Source of the DNA: Lytechinus pictus
Taxonomy: Eukaryota
Reading direction: 5' to 3'
Length of the DNA stretch: 64,000 bases
Assembly: GCF_037042905.1 (NCBI RefSeq)
Contig: NC_087251.1
Location: forward strand, 8,000,001-8,064,000
Part shown: positions 13,342-27,200 of the stretch, in pieces
Layout of the letters: the number at the start of each line of letters is the position of its first letter
Numbering within the stretch: the first letter of the stretch is position 1
Notes under the pieces: generated by a model
Told to the model about the DNA's origin: nothing
Databases searched by the model: none
The model's input: only the letters and a program-made list of their open reading frames with translations
Translations under genes and position numbers: made by a program

Positions 13342-14159
13342 ATAGTAAGGTTTGACCGAATCTATCAAAATTTTGGTTAGATCAAGGGCAAGGCAATGGG
13401 TCTATTCCAAAAATAAGTAAATTAGACCATAGTCATACTAGATAGGAATAACCGTCATTTCTGGGGATTTATTTAACAACTTCTGACATTTTACTATCAG
13501 TATCAGTATCAGTATCATCCCCATCCAGTTCAGCGGAACAACCAAAATACAGAGACTGAAACTTTTGGTCTAATTTAATTAGACCCCTAACGTTAATTAA
13601 CTTAAGCCTACTTTTTAACTTAGACTTGTTTATATATACTTATATAGCTCAATGGCAATGCTCCTCCTGTAATGGTAGTGAATCGTATTACCGAACACTT
13701 TTCATTAATTCAATCATATCAAACACATTATTCTCATAAAATTCACCAAACTTTCACCATAAATACACAATTACCTACAAAATATAAATATGTGAAAATT
13801 TTGCCGAAATCGTTTTTCCTTTTTACGATATTAGCTTTTAATCGGACCCCTCTTCGCACATGAATATTTTGGTCACTTGAAAAAGGTATGGTATAACCGA
13901 ACGTGTGTTTTCTATGACTATGGCCTTAAAGGTTGAGAAAACAACAAAAACCACTTATGAGCTATTTTGACCATATTTTATTTATATTGTATTATATTAT
14001 AGAATATTAAGACTTTGAAAATGTGTTTTTGACCATTTTTCATCAATTTCTATTCAAGTTTTCTTTGGAAGGATGTTGCAAAATTTTGAGCGTATGAATT
14101 TATTTTCTGATGCGTATGATGCGTGCGTTCGGTAATACAAGGCCTGTCTGTAATACAAT

Positions 14160-16178
14160 CACTCACTATACTCATCATTTGTACGCCCACACTTAGAATT
14201 TGCATACCCAGTGTGGTGCACTGTAAGATCGATTGCTGCCCTGAAAGGATTCAGAATCTTGCTCTACGTATGGCCACAGGTACTATCATGCACTGCTCAT
14301 CAGATGCTGTCGAAGTTGTTTCCCACACTCTGCCACTTGACACCAGACTTCGAGAAAACTTGGCCAGAACTCTCTACTACTACATTCTTTGTAAAGAGAA
14401 TAATGACAGTTTCAAGATGATGGTGCAAAGTTTCCTGTTGAGCTGTCTGACCCGGCCTGACTTCATGCTAGGACCAAGACTCTCACCTCTATGTTTAATG
14501 ATTAGAGCTCTAATATGCTTTTCACACTGCATTTCCTTAACCCCATACTATCCTTAACCCCGGACTATCCTTAACCCCATACTATCTTTTTTTCGATTCA
14601 CACTGTCTTTCTTAACCCCATACTATTTGCTTAGCCGGGGTTAACGCCTTAACCCCGGGCAATCACATAGCTCATTAATATTGATGATTTTACCATACAG
14701 AGCGTGATTAACGTGCAATTTCGACTTCTGTGATTGGCTAATGCTTAGCCCCACTTTTCCTTAGCCCGGTTTCGATTCACACTGCATCTCTTAGCACCGC
14801 AATTGTGGTGCTAGCACCGCAATATGCCGGCTAACCCTGCTTTTTTGCAGGGCCAGATAGTACCGTACTATTTACCGTGCTAGCCCACTTTGCTAAAACG
14901 TAGTGTGAAAACGAAGTGGGCTAAGCTTAACCCCGGGAAATTGGTGGGGCTAAGACCCCCCCTTAGCCCCACCAATTTAGGACAAAAAGTGCAGTGTGAA
15001 AAGCATATAAAAGACTTCAACATCAACTTGGACATGGATAGCCCAGGATCTCCACCCACAGAGTCAGTGGTGAGCATCCTTCACAGAATGGTGGAAGTCT
15101 GCATTGGCTGGGAATCATTAGGAAATAGTGCCAGCAGAACTAATGAGCAAAAGGATAAAGCATAAGCTTGCTACTGACTTTCTCCTGGACATCTGCTCTG
15201 ACACTGTCATCTTTACTGATGGCTCTGCTCTGAACAATCCCGGCCCTTGTGGTGCAGGTGTTGTCATATACTGGACAGGGCTCAACAGTAACCCTACTCT
15301 CCTCAGTGTTCCAATATCGAGTAACTCCACTAGTTTTCATGGAGAAATGGCAGCCATCGACATTGCTGTTGAGCCTCACTTCTTGAAATCATCTCAAATA
15401 CTAGCAAGAACATTTCCATTCTACACAATAGAGGAATTTCTGTAAAGTATAACTTGGATTGCAGGTCAAGCTGAAATTCAGGGAAATGTAATTGGAGACA
15501 GACTGGCGAAGGATGCTGCTTACCATGCACGCAATGCTCCACCTCCCTCTTCATCCACTTCATACTGTATGCAAGTATCACCAAGAACATCAAGAAGAAC
15601 ACTGTAAGATTCTGGCAAAGGTGATGGAATATAAACACCAAGGGTAGATGGACCCATCAGCTACAGCCAAATGTCACTAGAAAGAAAGCCTCTAGTAAAT
15701 ATGATAGGTCCACAGAGGTCAAGATCATGAGGATGCTAACTGGACAGACTAAGCTCAGAGACCATATGCACAAAGTACTCCCTCGTGTATGCCCTACACC
15801 CACATGCGACTGTGAACATGACAGGCAGACACTTGAACATGTCCTTCTTCACTGCCCACTCCACAAGTCGTATAGAGAGGAGATGATGCAATCCATTGAC
15901 GTTGGATATCAAAGGACAAGCACCCCTTCCTATCTTCGAGATATATCCCTCTTTTCCCTCCTTGGGACTAACCCCAAATTGTCACCCCAAATGCAATCTA
16001 TAATAGCATCTTCTTTGGCTCGCTTCATCAAAAGCACCAATGCCAACTTCTAGCACCAGTATCTACATGTAAGCAAATAGTACCTAGCAGCTCATCAACC
16101 TTGTGACAGACACACCGAGAGTATACCAAGGAGATAATTTGGGTGTGGAAATGACCCACAAAGAACAACAACAACTAC
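14160..16178 (+). mobile_element. Decayed RNase H-bearing LINE (I-group-like), 5'-truncated
   Basis: ERIQNLALRMATG post-RT motif; RNase H motifs IFTDGS...GAG, STSFHGEMAAI and WIAGQAEIQGNVIGDRLAK; C-terminal CDC...TLEHVLLHC finger; (CAA)n tail near 16165; frameshifted. Confidence 0.9.
14514..15007. mobile_element. PIF/Harbinger MITE inserted in the LINE
   Basis: TIR TATGCTTTTCACACTGCA; TAA TSD at 14511-14513 and 15008-15010. Confidence 0.88.
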
Positions 16179-16394
16179 TTGGATCTAGATCTAGTTAAAC
16201 CAATAAAAAGTCCCGCCCGGTGTTAAAGTTAACATTAGAAAAGAATCCCCAAATGTGGTCATAAAATTTTTTTAGTGAGCATGCCATGGTGAGCAAGTGA
16301 GAGAGGAAAAACAAGAAAAACAAAAGTGACCGCTAAAATGGTGAGTTTGAAAGAAATACTGTAGCTTGAATAAGAAAGTTATGCTGGCACACTG

Positions 16395-16520
16395 GCACCC
16401 TACTTTTTTGCAGGGCCAGATAGTACCGTACTATATACCATGCTAGCCCACTTTGCTAAAAGGTAGTGTGAAAATGAAGTAGGCTAAGCTTAACCCCGGG
16501 AAATTGGTGGGGCTGAGCCC
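16395..16520 (+). mobile_element. Internal fragment of the same Harbinger MITE family
   Basis: Near-identical to 14835-14960 (GCAGGGCCAGATAGTACCGTACTAT...GGGAAATTGGTGGGGCT). Confidence 0.8.
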
Positions 16521-17601
16521 ATGTTGCTACATCACCTTCATGTCTGGACTGGGGATGGTAGTAAAATGTCAGAAATTTTTCAATAAATTGCCAGAAAAAT
16601 ATTCCTGTCTACAATTATGGTTATTATTGAGAGTGCTAAAAATTTGTTCTGTGATCTTGGGCTGAAGTAGTTTATATATCTATGCTGTTTGTCAATGCAA
16701 TTTATCATTTTTTTGTCAGTACTAGAAAGTTACACCTTTATTTTTTTCCACTCATATTGTATGAATTCTATGTCCCCAATTTTGTTATCCTTAATACTTA
16801 TACTTGCACTGAAAAATACCTTAATCCATGCAGGCCAGTCGGTTGCCTCGGCTATGATCATTATAGTATAATGATTGCAGCAGAGGTGACTATTAAATTG
16901 GTTTGCATGAAGTAGGCCTCTATGAATTACATGACAGATGACATAATTATTAGACATAATTATTAGACATAATTATACACCACAAAACAACAGGATTAAA
17001 TTATACTATAAAATCTTTATTATCATATTCATTTTTTTTATTATATAACTAATAATCATTGAATCTAGATCAGAGTTTAGTTACTTACTATTTCAATGTT
17101 CTTAATGTTATTCACTGTTGTATCAATCATTGTAAATTGAATGCAATTCAGCTTTAAGGCTGCTATGTGCAATCTTTTTTTATACCAAAATAGATAAATA
17201 AATGAATAAAAAATGTCAAAGGCTCAATCTAAAAAGTCTTAATTTCAGAATTCTAACATGTCTAAGCATATACTCAGGCCAAGCCTTGTGTTAGACAGGG
17301 TGACCACTGACCACACATCCCAAATTTCAAGGAATGGTCCCATATTCCCCCCACTTTGTCCTGCGTCCTTTACAACCTTGCCCAGTACCCTGTTTTTCCT
17401 GTATTTTACAATTTTTACTACATTTATGTGAGAATATGCTTTGCACTCTTTTTTCGTATGTGTAGTACACTAAGGCCTTTTGGGGGGGGGTGTTCAGGGG
17501 TTTTAAATATCATATCTTCATCTTGAATCAGATTTTGTTTTAATTTTTTTCAGTGCAATCCTTCATTTGTTGTTAAATGATGATACTTCCCCTGGTTATA
17601 G

Positions 17602-17958
17602 CATAGGAAATACATGAGGCCAATAGGTGATTTGCCCTTATGTAAACCAAAATCGCCTGTAATATTCTCGAAATCAAATGCTTTTGGGTGACCATCTTTT
17701 CTAAAATCTCCCCAAAATCTGCCATTTATGTATTCAAGAAAGTTTAGAATAATGATTTTCTATGTACAGCAGAACATACATGTAAATATTGACAGAATTT
17801 GAGGGTAGGTAAATAATGAAAAATGTCTTTACAGTGCTCACTAAATACTTTTTGCGCAAAAAGTAGCCCTTAAAAGAGAATAAATATCCCCCTAAGATTA
17901 GCAATTGCCACAAGGTAAAAAAAATTGCCCTTAGAAAAAAAAATGATTTCCCACCCTG
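17602..17958 (+). mobile_element. Older, shorter relative of the hAT element at 10694-11864
   Basis: Degenerate matches to both ends (GATTTGCCC...AAATCGCC; AAAAGTAGCCC...TTCCCACCCTG). Confidence 0.5.
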
Positions 17959-18031
17959 CCTGGTTACCATGCCCTCACCCTTAAAAACCTGAACCCTGGT
18001 ATTATTGATTTACAATGTCATATAGATTGAA

Positions 18032-18248
18032 ATGGCTGAAAGACATGGATTTCATGAGGCACATTTCACCTCCATACCCTGTCAGAGCAACGTCTATGGT
18101 CTTACATCCTTGGCCTACCCTGGAGGAGTCGGTAAGGTGTTGGTTGCTCCACTCAAAGATAAAGTAGTCTCTCTAGAATACATGGCAGAGAGGGGTAAGA
18201 CTGAGCTTCAACCTGTAGCCAAAGAAATCCACTTTGCAGGAATTCCAG
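18032..18248 (+). CDS. KPTN: KPTN coding exon 1
   Basis: Acceptor AG at 18024-18025, ATG at 18032, [24 protein letters not shown]...[11 protein letters not shown] donor at 18249. Confidence 0.95.
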
Positions 18249-21200
18249 GTAACTATTATATGATATCTTTGTTGGGTGTGGGTGTATACTTCTAAACCAA
18301 TATAGGCCTATACAATACTTCATCTATTTTTAATCTCATCCAATATATTTTTCAGTGTATTCATATTTTTTGTTTGTTTCATATGCAGCAATGGTTATTG
18401 GTTAATATTTACAGAAATGAAGATGTTGGCAATGTTGGACTTTTGAAATTGGAAAAATATTCATTAAAAAAAATTGCTTATTTTACTCTGCATACTAAAT
18501 AGTAATCAGAATTAATCATTCATTTTTAAAGATTGTGATATCATCATTAGTGTATAATGGTAAGGTATTTGCTTATTGTTTTCAATATGACAGACCATTA
18601 ATTACATCAAATAAAGCATGTGACTTAATAAGAACAATTTGCACATTCCTCTTCGAATGTAAGGCAGAGATTCAGTTGCATAAAGATATTTTTTAAAGTA
18701 TGTTCATTTTTTCTTTTCATCCTATCTCTTCTTTCCATGTCAATCTTTCTGCTTGTATTTCCTTCCCTTCTTCCTATTACACATGGTGAACCGTAAACCT
18801 TCTCCACGTTATAAACTCCACCATGCAAACCTACAAAGAACATCTATGTTCATTCAATAATAATCCTTTTATATGAATATAAATGATTTATCAAGATTGT
18901 ATCTCTCCAACTAGTTCTCTCATTTCTTACAAAATCAGTTACTTTGGTCTATAAGATGATGTATTTCCAAATATTATGACTTGTTCTTTAGATGATGCAG
19001 AGATAATCTCAATCGATTCCTACCAACGTCTTATGGAGGATGGTGGAGGATACATCATTGGAATTACATTTGCCAAGGTATGAGCATGCCTTGATTATGT
19101 CTTATGATCTGAAGTGTAAATGTCAAGTAGAACATACAAGATCAAACTAAAGGATGATCAGCTTTAACAAGCTGTCTTTCTTGAAATATGCTGACAGTGT
19201 TTGAATTTCATTAATGTCAGATCCTTCATGTCTCTTTTTATTTTAAATCCCTCCTTTTATCACTGGTGAATTTCCTTAATCCTAATTTTCATTTTTATTT
19301 GCTTTTTCATATTCTTACCACAATGACTTTTGCAAGGAATCTATAGCTTAACATTTCTCTTGATGTAAATTACTGGGAATTTAGGGTAGCTTAAACATAT
19401 GAATAGATTTACTGGTAACATATCTTTTTGCTTTTCCTGATAAATTAGAGGTATTCTGAAATGGCTGAATTAGATATCAGTGAAGTTAATTTTGGAATTC
19501 AAATTGGAATGTTTTTTAATTTGTTGTTCTCTTTCATTAGGATGCAGAGACTGATCATCCTTCTCATATACTTAACCTTTATGCACCATGGGACAAAGGA
19601 TCTGAGTATGTACTTGACAGTATAGCACGTGAGTGCATATTAAAGATGCTTTCCAGTTGTGGTATGATCACAAATCAATTTTAAAAGAATCTATAAAAAA
19701 AATCACTAAGTGGCATGTGGTTTTGGTAAGATATGGGGTATTGTTAAGTAAGGAAATTTGTCAATATAAGGTCATTTTGCAAGGTATCATTAATTAACAT
19801 ACATGTCTTGTTCATTTCTGCATGTGCAAAGTTAGACATACCAATTTTTCAGCTCATTTTCATGTTTTCACAATTACTGGAGTATACTGTATTGCTTTCT
19901 TTGTAAATTATTGCTCTCTGACTTTTTAAGTTTGACTTGAAATAAGATGCAGCATTTTATTAAGTTCCTTTATATACCAGGATAATACGGGTGCAAAATT
20001 TGTTTTTTGTGACAACTTTTGAAATTATTTGTTTAGTTTATTGTGAGAAAAGCAAAGTACAGCTGACATGCTCATAAATCCTCCTTATTCTTTATTAATC
20101 CAGAGTGTTGCTAATTATCTTTTTTTTTTTTTTTCATTACACAGAGATGTGGACCAATATAGAGCTGGATTTCACCCCATACTATCTCTGTCACACCAAG
20201 TAAGAACAATAAGATATCTTTATTAGCAGATTGATTAATCTTGTAATGAGTTTAGTAACTTTGTATGTTTTTAATTTCCAAATAATCCAAACTTGATCTC
20301 TGTATCTCAGTCTGTCCTCAAACAGATTGCACAGTTTTCTAGATTGGTTGATACTCATCACTTTAATATGCATTATCCTCCTTAGAGATAAAAGTTAAAA
20401 TATTTGTTCATCTACTAGTGTATAAAATGATATATATTGATATTAAATTTTTGTTTTAAATTTTAGATATTGGTTGCGAAGAAAAGAGTTAGAACCCTTC
20501 TAATAATGAGTTATGATAGCTTTAATTTATACTCATATTGAGATTGATCTCAAATTTTAAAACAAAGAGATTATGTAATTTGAGTTTGATTTGAGTCTAT
20601 TACAACTATTTGTACAACAGAGCCCTGATCAGTTATTAAGTGTGTTGATGAAAACTTGAGATCAAAAGTTTAAAATGAATTTTAGAATTTCCAACATTGC
20701 TTAAAATGTCTGCTTCTGTTGCACATGAAGACTTATCTAAGAGCAAGAATTTAACCACTGAATAGGTTCAGTAAGGCTCAAATTATGAAAATATCTGATT
20801 CAAAACTGTTGGTTATGCCAATACCCTCTTCAGTGCAGATTACAAATTTGACTTAGCCTATCCCACTAGTGCTTGGATTAAATGTTTTCTTGCCCCACTT
20901 GTAATTGACTCTAAGAAAGAGGCCTCATTGGTTCTCAATCTTCAGACTGACATCTCAAGTGATGAAATAATTCTTTCATGGAAGAAATTAAAAAATCAGA
21001 CCTCAAGACTTACCAGTACATCTCTGTAATTGAATGAATAGTGAATTTACTTTGCATATATTTCTCTTCAGTCCACCTCTCCCCCTTGGGATTACCGCTC
21101 ATGCCTTACAATATAGTGCAGTGAGCCCTGGAAGTATGCACCTTGGGTTTTGCCTGTGTCCAAGTTTACATTATTTTTAAAGGTTCATATCTCAGGAGTA

Positions 21201-24200
21201 TTTTGTTCCTCCTGTTTTTTTAAATTATAATTATCATTATTAGAGAGAACCCTTGTTTATATCCTAGATTAAAATTCTTTGGTGAATGCCTTATCATATG
21301 TAGTACAATACACCAATGCATGGTTAACAAGTCTAAAATACAGAACCATGTTGATTGAATTATTTATGAAATGTTCTCTCACTATTATAATAGAAATTAA
21401 TCATTAATAGCATATTTCCTTCTTATATTTATTGATAGGATTCTTGAAGATGGTGAACAAGAGATAGTCTTCCTTCTCACCGGGTCTGACAATCAAGTTC
21501 ACCTATATAGGGAGGTATGATAATTATTTTTATGTTTAATTGTAGTTCTAAAAACCCCAAAATTAACTAGGAGGAATTGAGCAAAACTAATCCTTAAAAG
21601 TCATGAGGGAAGCTGTTTAATTAAGCCATTTGTAGGTTTAACATTTTGTAAAGCACCCTATGTTTTAGAAGATTGGAGAGTCTTGTAGGCTGTTAGTTCA
21701 GTTTTTAATACAGAAAAGGAGAAATGAGACATATAGTATTGTTTGTTTTATGAATCTGGTGTACATTTTCTTTTAGTGAGTTTCTGTGGGTGGATCTGGA
21801 AATAAATCCAAGCGTTGTCTTTGTTGTGAATAATCTAGAATAATACATATGCACCATTATTAGATCATTGGTATGTTCAATCTTAGATTTTCAAAATTTC
21901 TTTTAATTTTTGCTTTTAAAGGAACTTGGTGGTCGATTCTCTGAGCATCCAGTGACAAGTATTTTTCCTGAATTTAATGATTTACCATGTGTGTAAGTAT
22001 ACCCTGACTTTTATATTATTTAATATTGTATGGTCAGTAACATTTAACAATTATGAGTGTCATGGTATGTATTCTGATTTGAAAATATACAGATTCATAA
22101 TCATTCAAGATAGTTAAATATAAATGTGTAAATTAAAGTAAGATCCTGCTCCAGTTTACTGTATTTCAATTTGATTTTTCTTGATTGATTTTGCAGTGCA
22201 TTATGGTTGGACAGTTGGAATCTCAAAGACTGCAGACGGTTGAGTGTTGTTGGATGTCGTAGTGGCTATATAAGACTTGTGTTAGTTAACACAAGAAATA
22301 ATGGTATGTCAAGTGCATTCAAGCAATAAATTACTGATCAGGAATACTGATAGGTATTCTGATAGCCATGCTTTATTTAGTTAAAGCTGGGTTAATGGTG
22401 TGCCAGTTGTCTACTCATTCACAAATTGGAAATTATTCTTATCCTGCTGGGAAAAAATTGTCAAAACTGAATTAAGTTTTGAAATGGGCAGATTAAGAAA
22501 ATACAATGAATATACAAAATAATGAATTTTAATGAATTCATTGGTACATTATACCTACCATGAATAAGGAAGAAATGTTATGAAGCCCAGCATTCTATAG
22601 ATGTGTGGTTTAAAATTCTACTTTCGACTAGGGTTAAACATTGGTTTATCAGATTACCACCCTTTATGCAAGTGAATTTATTTTGTGGTCCTCAAGTTTT
22701 ATCATTATTTAGATATTTGTTCTGGAACACTAAGGGGCGATTCCACACTAGAACTTCAAAAATATCATAAATTTCAACATGCTTTCAATAAGTCATAAGT
22801 AGTGTAATATTTTACTATGATACCTAAATTTTATGAAAATTATGGGTTTTAACCAAAAGTGAAGTCAGATATAGTTTTTTTTGGGAGAAACAATGGCATT
22901 TTCAATTTTCAATAATTTTGCTAAATAAATAGTCAAGTACAAACACTGCCTGAAACGATTATTGGTAAAGCACAAGAAGATTGAAAATATTGCGGGTCAA
23001 TGGAATAATGTATCATTGATGGTTCCAAATAATATCTACAACATTTTCATGATCCATAATAGGGGAGGCCCTGATTTTTCCGATCCTATTTTTGACAGTG
23101 TCCCGTACGACACATGAAAATGCAAAAGTTTTTCCCACAATTTTATTTTTGATGATGCAATTTCACGATATCAGTTTCTCTATCTTTGACCCATGGGTGA
23201 TCGATTTATCCCATAAGGATCTAATTACTGCCCTACATTTGTCAATAATTGTCCTATTAAAAGTTGTCCCGTACGACACACAATATATACTGCATTTAAT
23301 TGCAGGATTTGGATTCAGAAACTATAAATAGCAGGCCTATTTTAATATAAGTAATTGATTTGACATAAAGTGAACTGAAAAAGTACTTTATTTATCCACA
23401 TAGAACATGAAATAGGTGATTCTAACCATTTTAATTGACTTCACGTAGGCGTATTCTTTTGTGAATCCCTTCAGCTAAACTGGTGATTTTCACTGGTCAG
23501 AGCAGGTTAATTTCTTTGTCATTGAGCATGAAAAGAAAACATTTGTAATTGATTCACCCTAGCCTGGAAGATGACTTCCTCTTGCATGCTAATGTGAAAT
23601 TATTATAAGATGTAAATAAAAAATATTTACATATCAATCATCTATGTGGACTTTCCTTGATGATCGCTAATTTTTTTATATACAGTATTGAAACTCCTTA
23701 CTTTTTTAAGTTGTGAAAAAAAATCTGGAAAATATAACAAACCATATGGTTTCATGAAATGCAGAAAGGTTTGAAAAAGTAGAATCGCGTTTCTTTAGAA
23801 AAAAAATATTTTGTGGAATTTCAAGTGACAGTTGTGACATATCATGTATATATACATTTTATATGAAAAATCATAACAATTTTGCCCCATAATTTACACA
23901 AACAGTTTCATTCATTCATTATTTAAATAGTGCATTGGAAATCATCAATTGATTCACGAAAATATAACTTCACACAAAACCTCAAGTTTTTCAGCTCGTA
24001 AAAATGCTGTGAACCATTGTACATTTCCCATCATGAAAAAAATGATAATATATTGCTCCCGATTGTATATTTTTTGAGGTTACTTAATTATATTGTCCTG
24101 AATGACTACTTATTAAAAGGCTTTTTCATTAAAAAGGAAGAATTTAGGGACAATGCTCCCCTTCTAATTGATAAAAAGTTCATCGTTTTATTCAGGCTGT

Positions 24201-27200
24201 CCAATACAACACGCAAGTGCCTGTTCAACACACGAGTGTCCCGTATGACACACAGGTGTCCCGTAAGACACACAAGCGTCCCATACAACAGACAAGTGTC
24301 TCGTACGACACGTTATTTTATTTTATGATATATTGACAGAAATGTTCAGCCAAAAGCGGTTTCTAACATAATGAATGTCTTTAGTTTGATAGGATTATCA
24401 TTATCATCAGCCAAATAAAGTGATTGAAGAAGTCAAAGAGACATAAAGTAGGAAAGTTTGGCTTCAATTTAGAGATGTCCCTTACGACACATTTTGAGTG
24501 TCCCGTACGCCACAATGTTCTCGAAAATTGTAATTTGCTTTATTTATTCATGAATGTTTATTTTGCTTTCTTTCATAGATGCGTTTGTTCTTGGGTAATT
24601 GAATATCAATTTAAGTTCGGTTTCGGTGAAAATTATCTGTTCAACTCACAGACTTTAGAGTACAAACTTGAGGTTTCTAAAAAAGCCACTTTTCTGCGTC
24701 CGTACGACACATTACTATTTTAAATCTGTATTATACATGATGTGAATTCAAATCATGTTAAGTCTTGGTTTTCCCTCCACTCTGGTAGTACTTGATGATC
24801 ACATTTAGTTACTGGAATATTTTTTGTTTTTCTTGTCAAAAAATGTCTAATGTTCTCTAAATGTCCCATACGACACGTATGGAATCACCCTTAGATATTT
24901 TCTGATGAGAAATAATTCCTTGAATGCTGTAAAATTATTTTCCATTGCACGATCACTGTGCAGTGGAAAATATATGCATGCAGCCTAAAATGGATCAATA
25001 TTTATCACCTTTCAACCAATCAAAATCCAAGAATCTTTTAATATCAAAGTTATATAATAATATTGCATTCACAAGACTGATCCAAGGTCTGTTATGTTTG
25101 GAGTTTTCAAGTTAATGCAATTAAAGATACTAATCGTTGCTGCTAAAAAGAAATATCTTTTGATTTCTAATTCAGTTAATTTTAGAACAACACATTTTGA
25201 TTAATAAAAATTCCTTCAGAAAGATTCATAATTGTTTTATCCTTTTAAAGATTATCTTTAGTCTTGGTAAATCATAGTTTGCTAGGTCATGTTGATGCAT
25301 GTGCCCAAAACGATTGCAGTGTGAAGAATATAAAGTAATAATGTGTTTTATTGGATGTATTGATTGATTTTACATCAAAGTTTAAATTAATCAGGTGCCC
25401 GATTAAAATAAAATATCTGCATATTTTTGTTTTGTTTATATGAAAGACTGTCTCAAGCAAGGAATGGTCTGAAAATTTCAAGATATAATGATCTTTGTCA
25501 GTAACTTTCCATTTCTTAAATATGTAAAGTAAGTGCTCAAGTGGCTATTTTGAATAAAAACATTAAAGAGAGAGGCCACTAGATTTGAATTCAAATTCCA
25601 ACTGCCTGTGAATTGCCATAGAAATTTATGAAATGGGTAAAACATGCATTTAATGACTACTACGTCTTTGCAATATTGTAATATTCAATGATTCAAGTAA
25701 CTTTACCAAAGCCTTAGACAGGCTTTAAATTTTAATCTTCAAACTTCCATATATAAAATGATTATATTCATCCATCCGTCGTCATGTGGCTTGAGTCTTC
25801 TTGATGTCAATATCCAGCTTGTCTTATCTATCATCTGTACTGCATTTTGATGAAGATATTTTGTGATTCATTCATCAGAGGTAATGAACCAATGGGAGCT
25901 GAACCATGATAGTGCCATCACATGTTCACGTATCTTCACATCATCTACTCACATGGAATCAGCATTACCTTGGCTTGAGAGGAGAGAAGAAGGGATTCAA
26001 GAGAAAGAGGAGGAAGATGATACTGTCGATGATACCATCTTAGATGATGATCTTAATATTCTTATCACAAGTGCTGTAGAAGTTGCAGTTGTTTACAGGT
26101 AGATATGATAGTAATGGATTCTTATGTTTCTAAAGCATTAAATTACATGATATGATCAATCGCAGAATGTGGTGCTAAAGGTTATGAAGCAGTGAAATGA
26201 ATGGCCATATCTTATGGGACATAAAGCGACCCTTTTTTAATTGTGATTGGATCAATTGATTCTGATATTTAGGATCATGGTATTTGCTCTCCAGACATTC
26301 CATCCTTATGCCCTTATTCAACTTTCTGTTTCATCTATCTCACAATTTTGTTATTGAAGGGGAATTCATATGATGTCAAGTTGGTTGTAATAAAAGCAGA
26401 AAAATTAATTAATATGTCAATGAGAGATTAATGAAAATTTATCAAGGTATGACAATGGTTGATTTCTGAAGGTTTGATTCCTTACTTTTGTTTTACGTGT
26501 ATTACCCAGTGGGTAGAAATATTTTGATATTACTGTCATATTGATCCATCCTAATGTTCACACAGTTGTTTTCCATTTGCTTGCAGCACAGTTTTTATTT
26601 ATTGTGGATGCATTATGTAACATTGTAAAAACAAGTATTCAATCAATAATTTGAATCTAAGCGTCTGTATAGGATGAGACGGAAGCCAAGGAAGTAAACA
26701 CAATAAGTCTGCAGCACTAATCTCCCCTGAAAAGAAATGCAGGAAGTGATAACAATAGCTTTCCCATACTTGCCATTTTACTCCTTTTATCACAGAAATG
26801 TAGCGATTTATATGTACCTGTGTAAACTATTCAGTGTTATTTAATGTACAATACAAATATTTATTTCATTTTTTTTTCGTATACATATCCCACACATTTT
26901 CAAGTAATTTAAAAATATATTTTTACTATATTTTCATTAAAAAATGCTAGTTGCATGTATTGGCTATGACATGGCATGTGTATAAAGGAAAAACAAAAAA
27001 TCTTAAACAATGGAACTGTACAACTGTCATGTTGATTTTTCCTGAAAAAAAATGGTTCAATAAAATTGTAAGATGTTAAATTAAGAGTTTTTTTATGCTC
27101 TTGTCTCATACTCCTTGAAATAATCTTCACATTTAAAAGAATAATTGCCCTGGGCAAAAATAGATAATGATGATTAGATTGCTCATTCTCTTGTCAATTT

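Noticed and set aside
13083..13355. 90-aa ORF as a gene or KPTN N-terminus
   Set aside because: It has a non-ATG start in the GC-rich promoter region, and KPTN homology begins at the ATG at 18032.
24198..24312. Short regularly spaced repeats (also 42041-42385 and 48870-49400) as a CRISPR-like array
   Set aside because: Units are contiguous degenerate tandem copies without unique spacers, lie inside TIR-bounded elements, and the DNA is eukaryotic with no cas-like ORFs.
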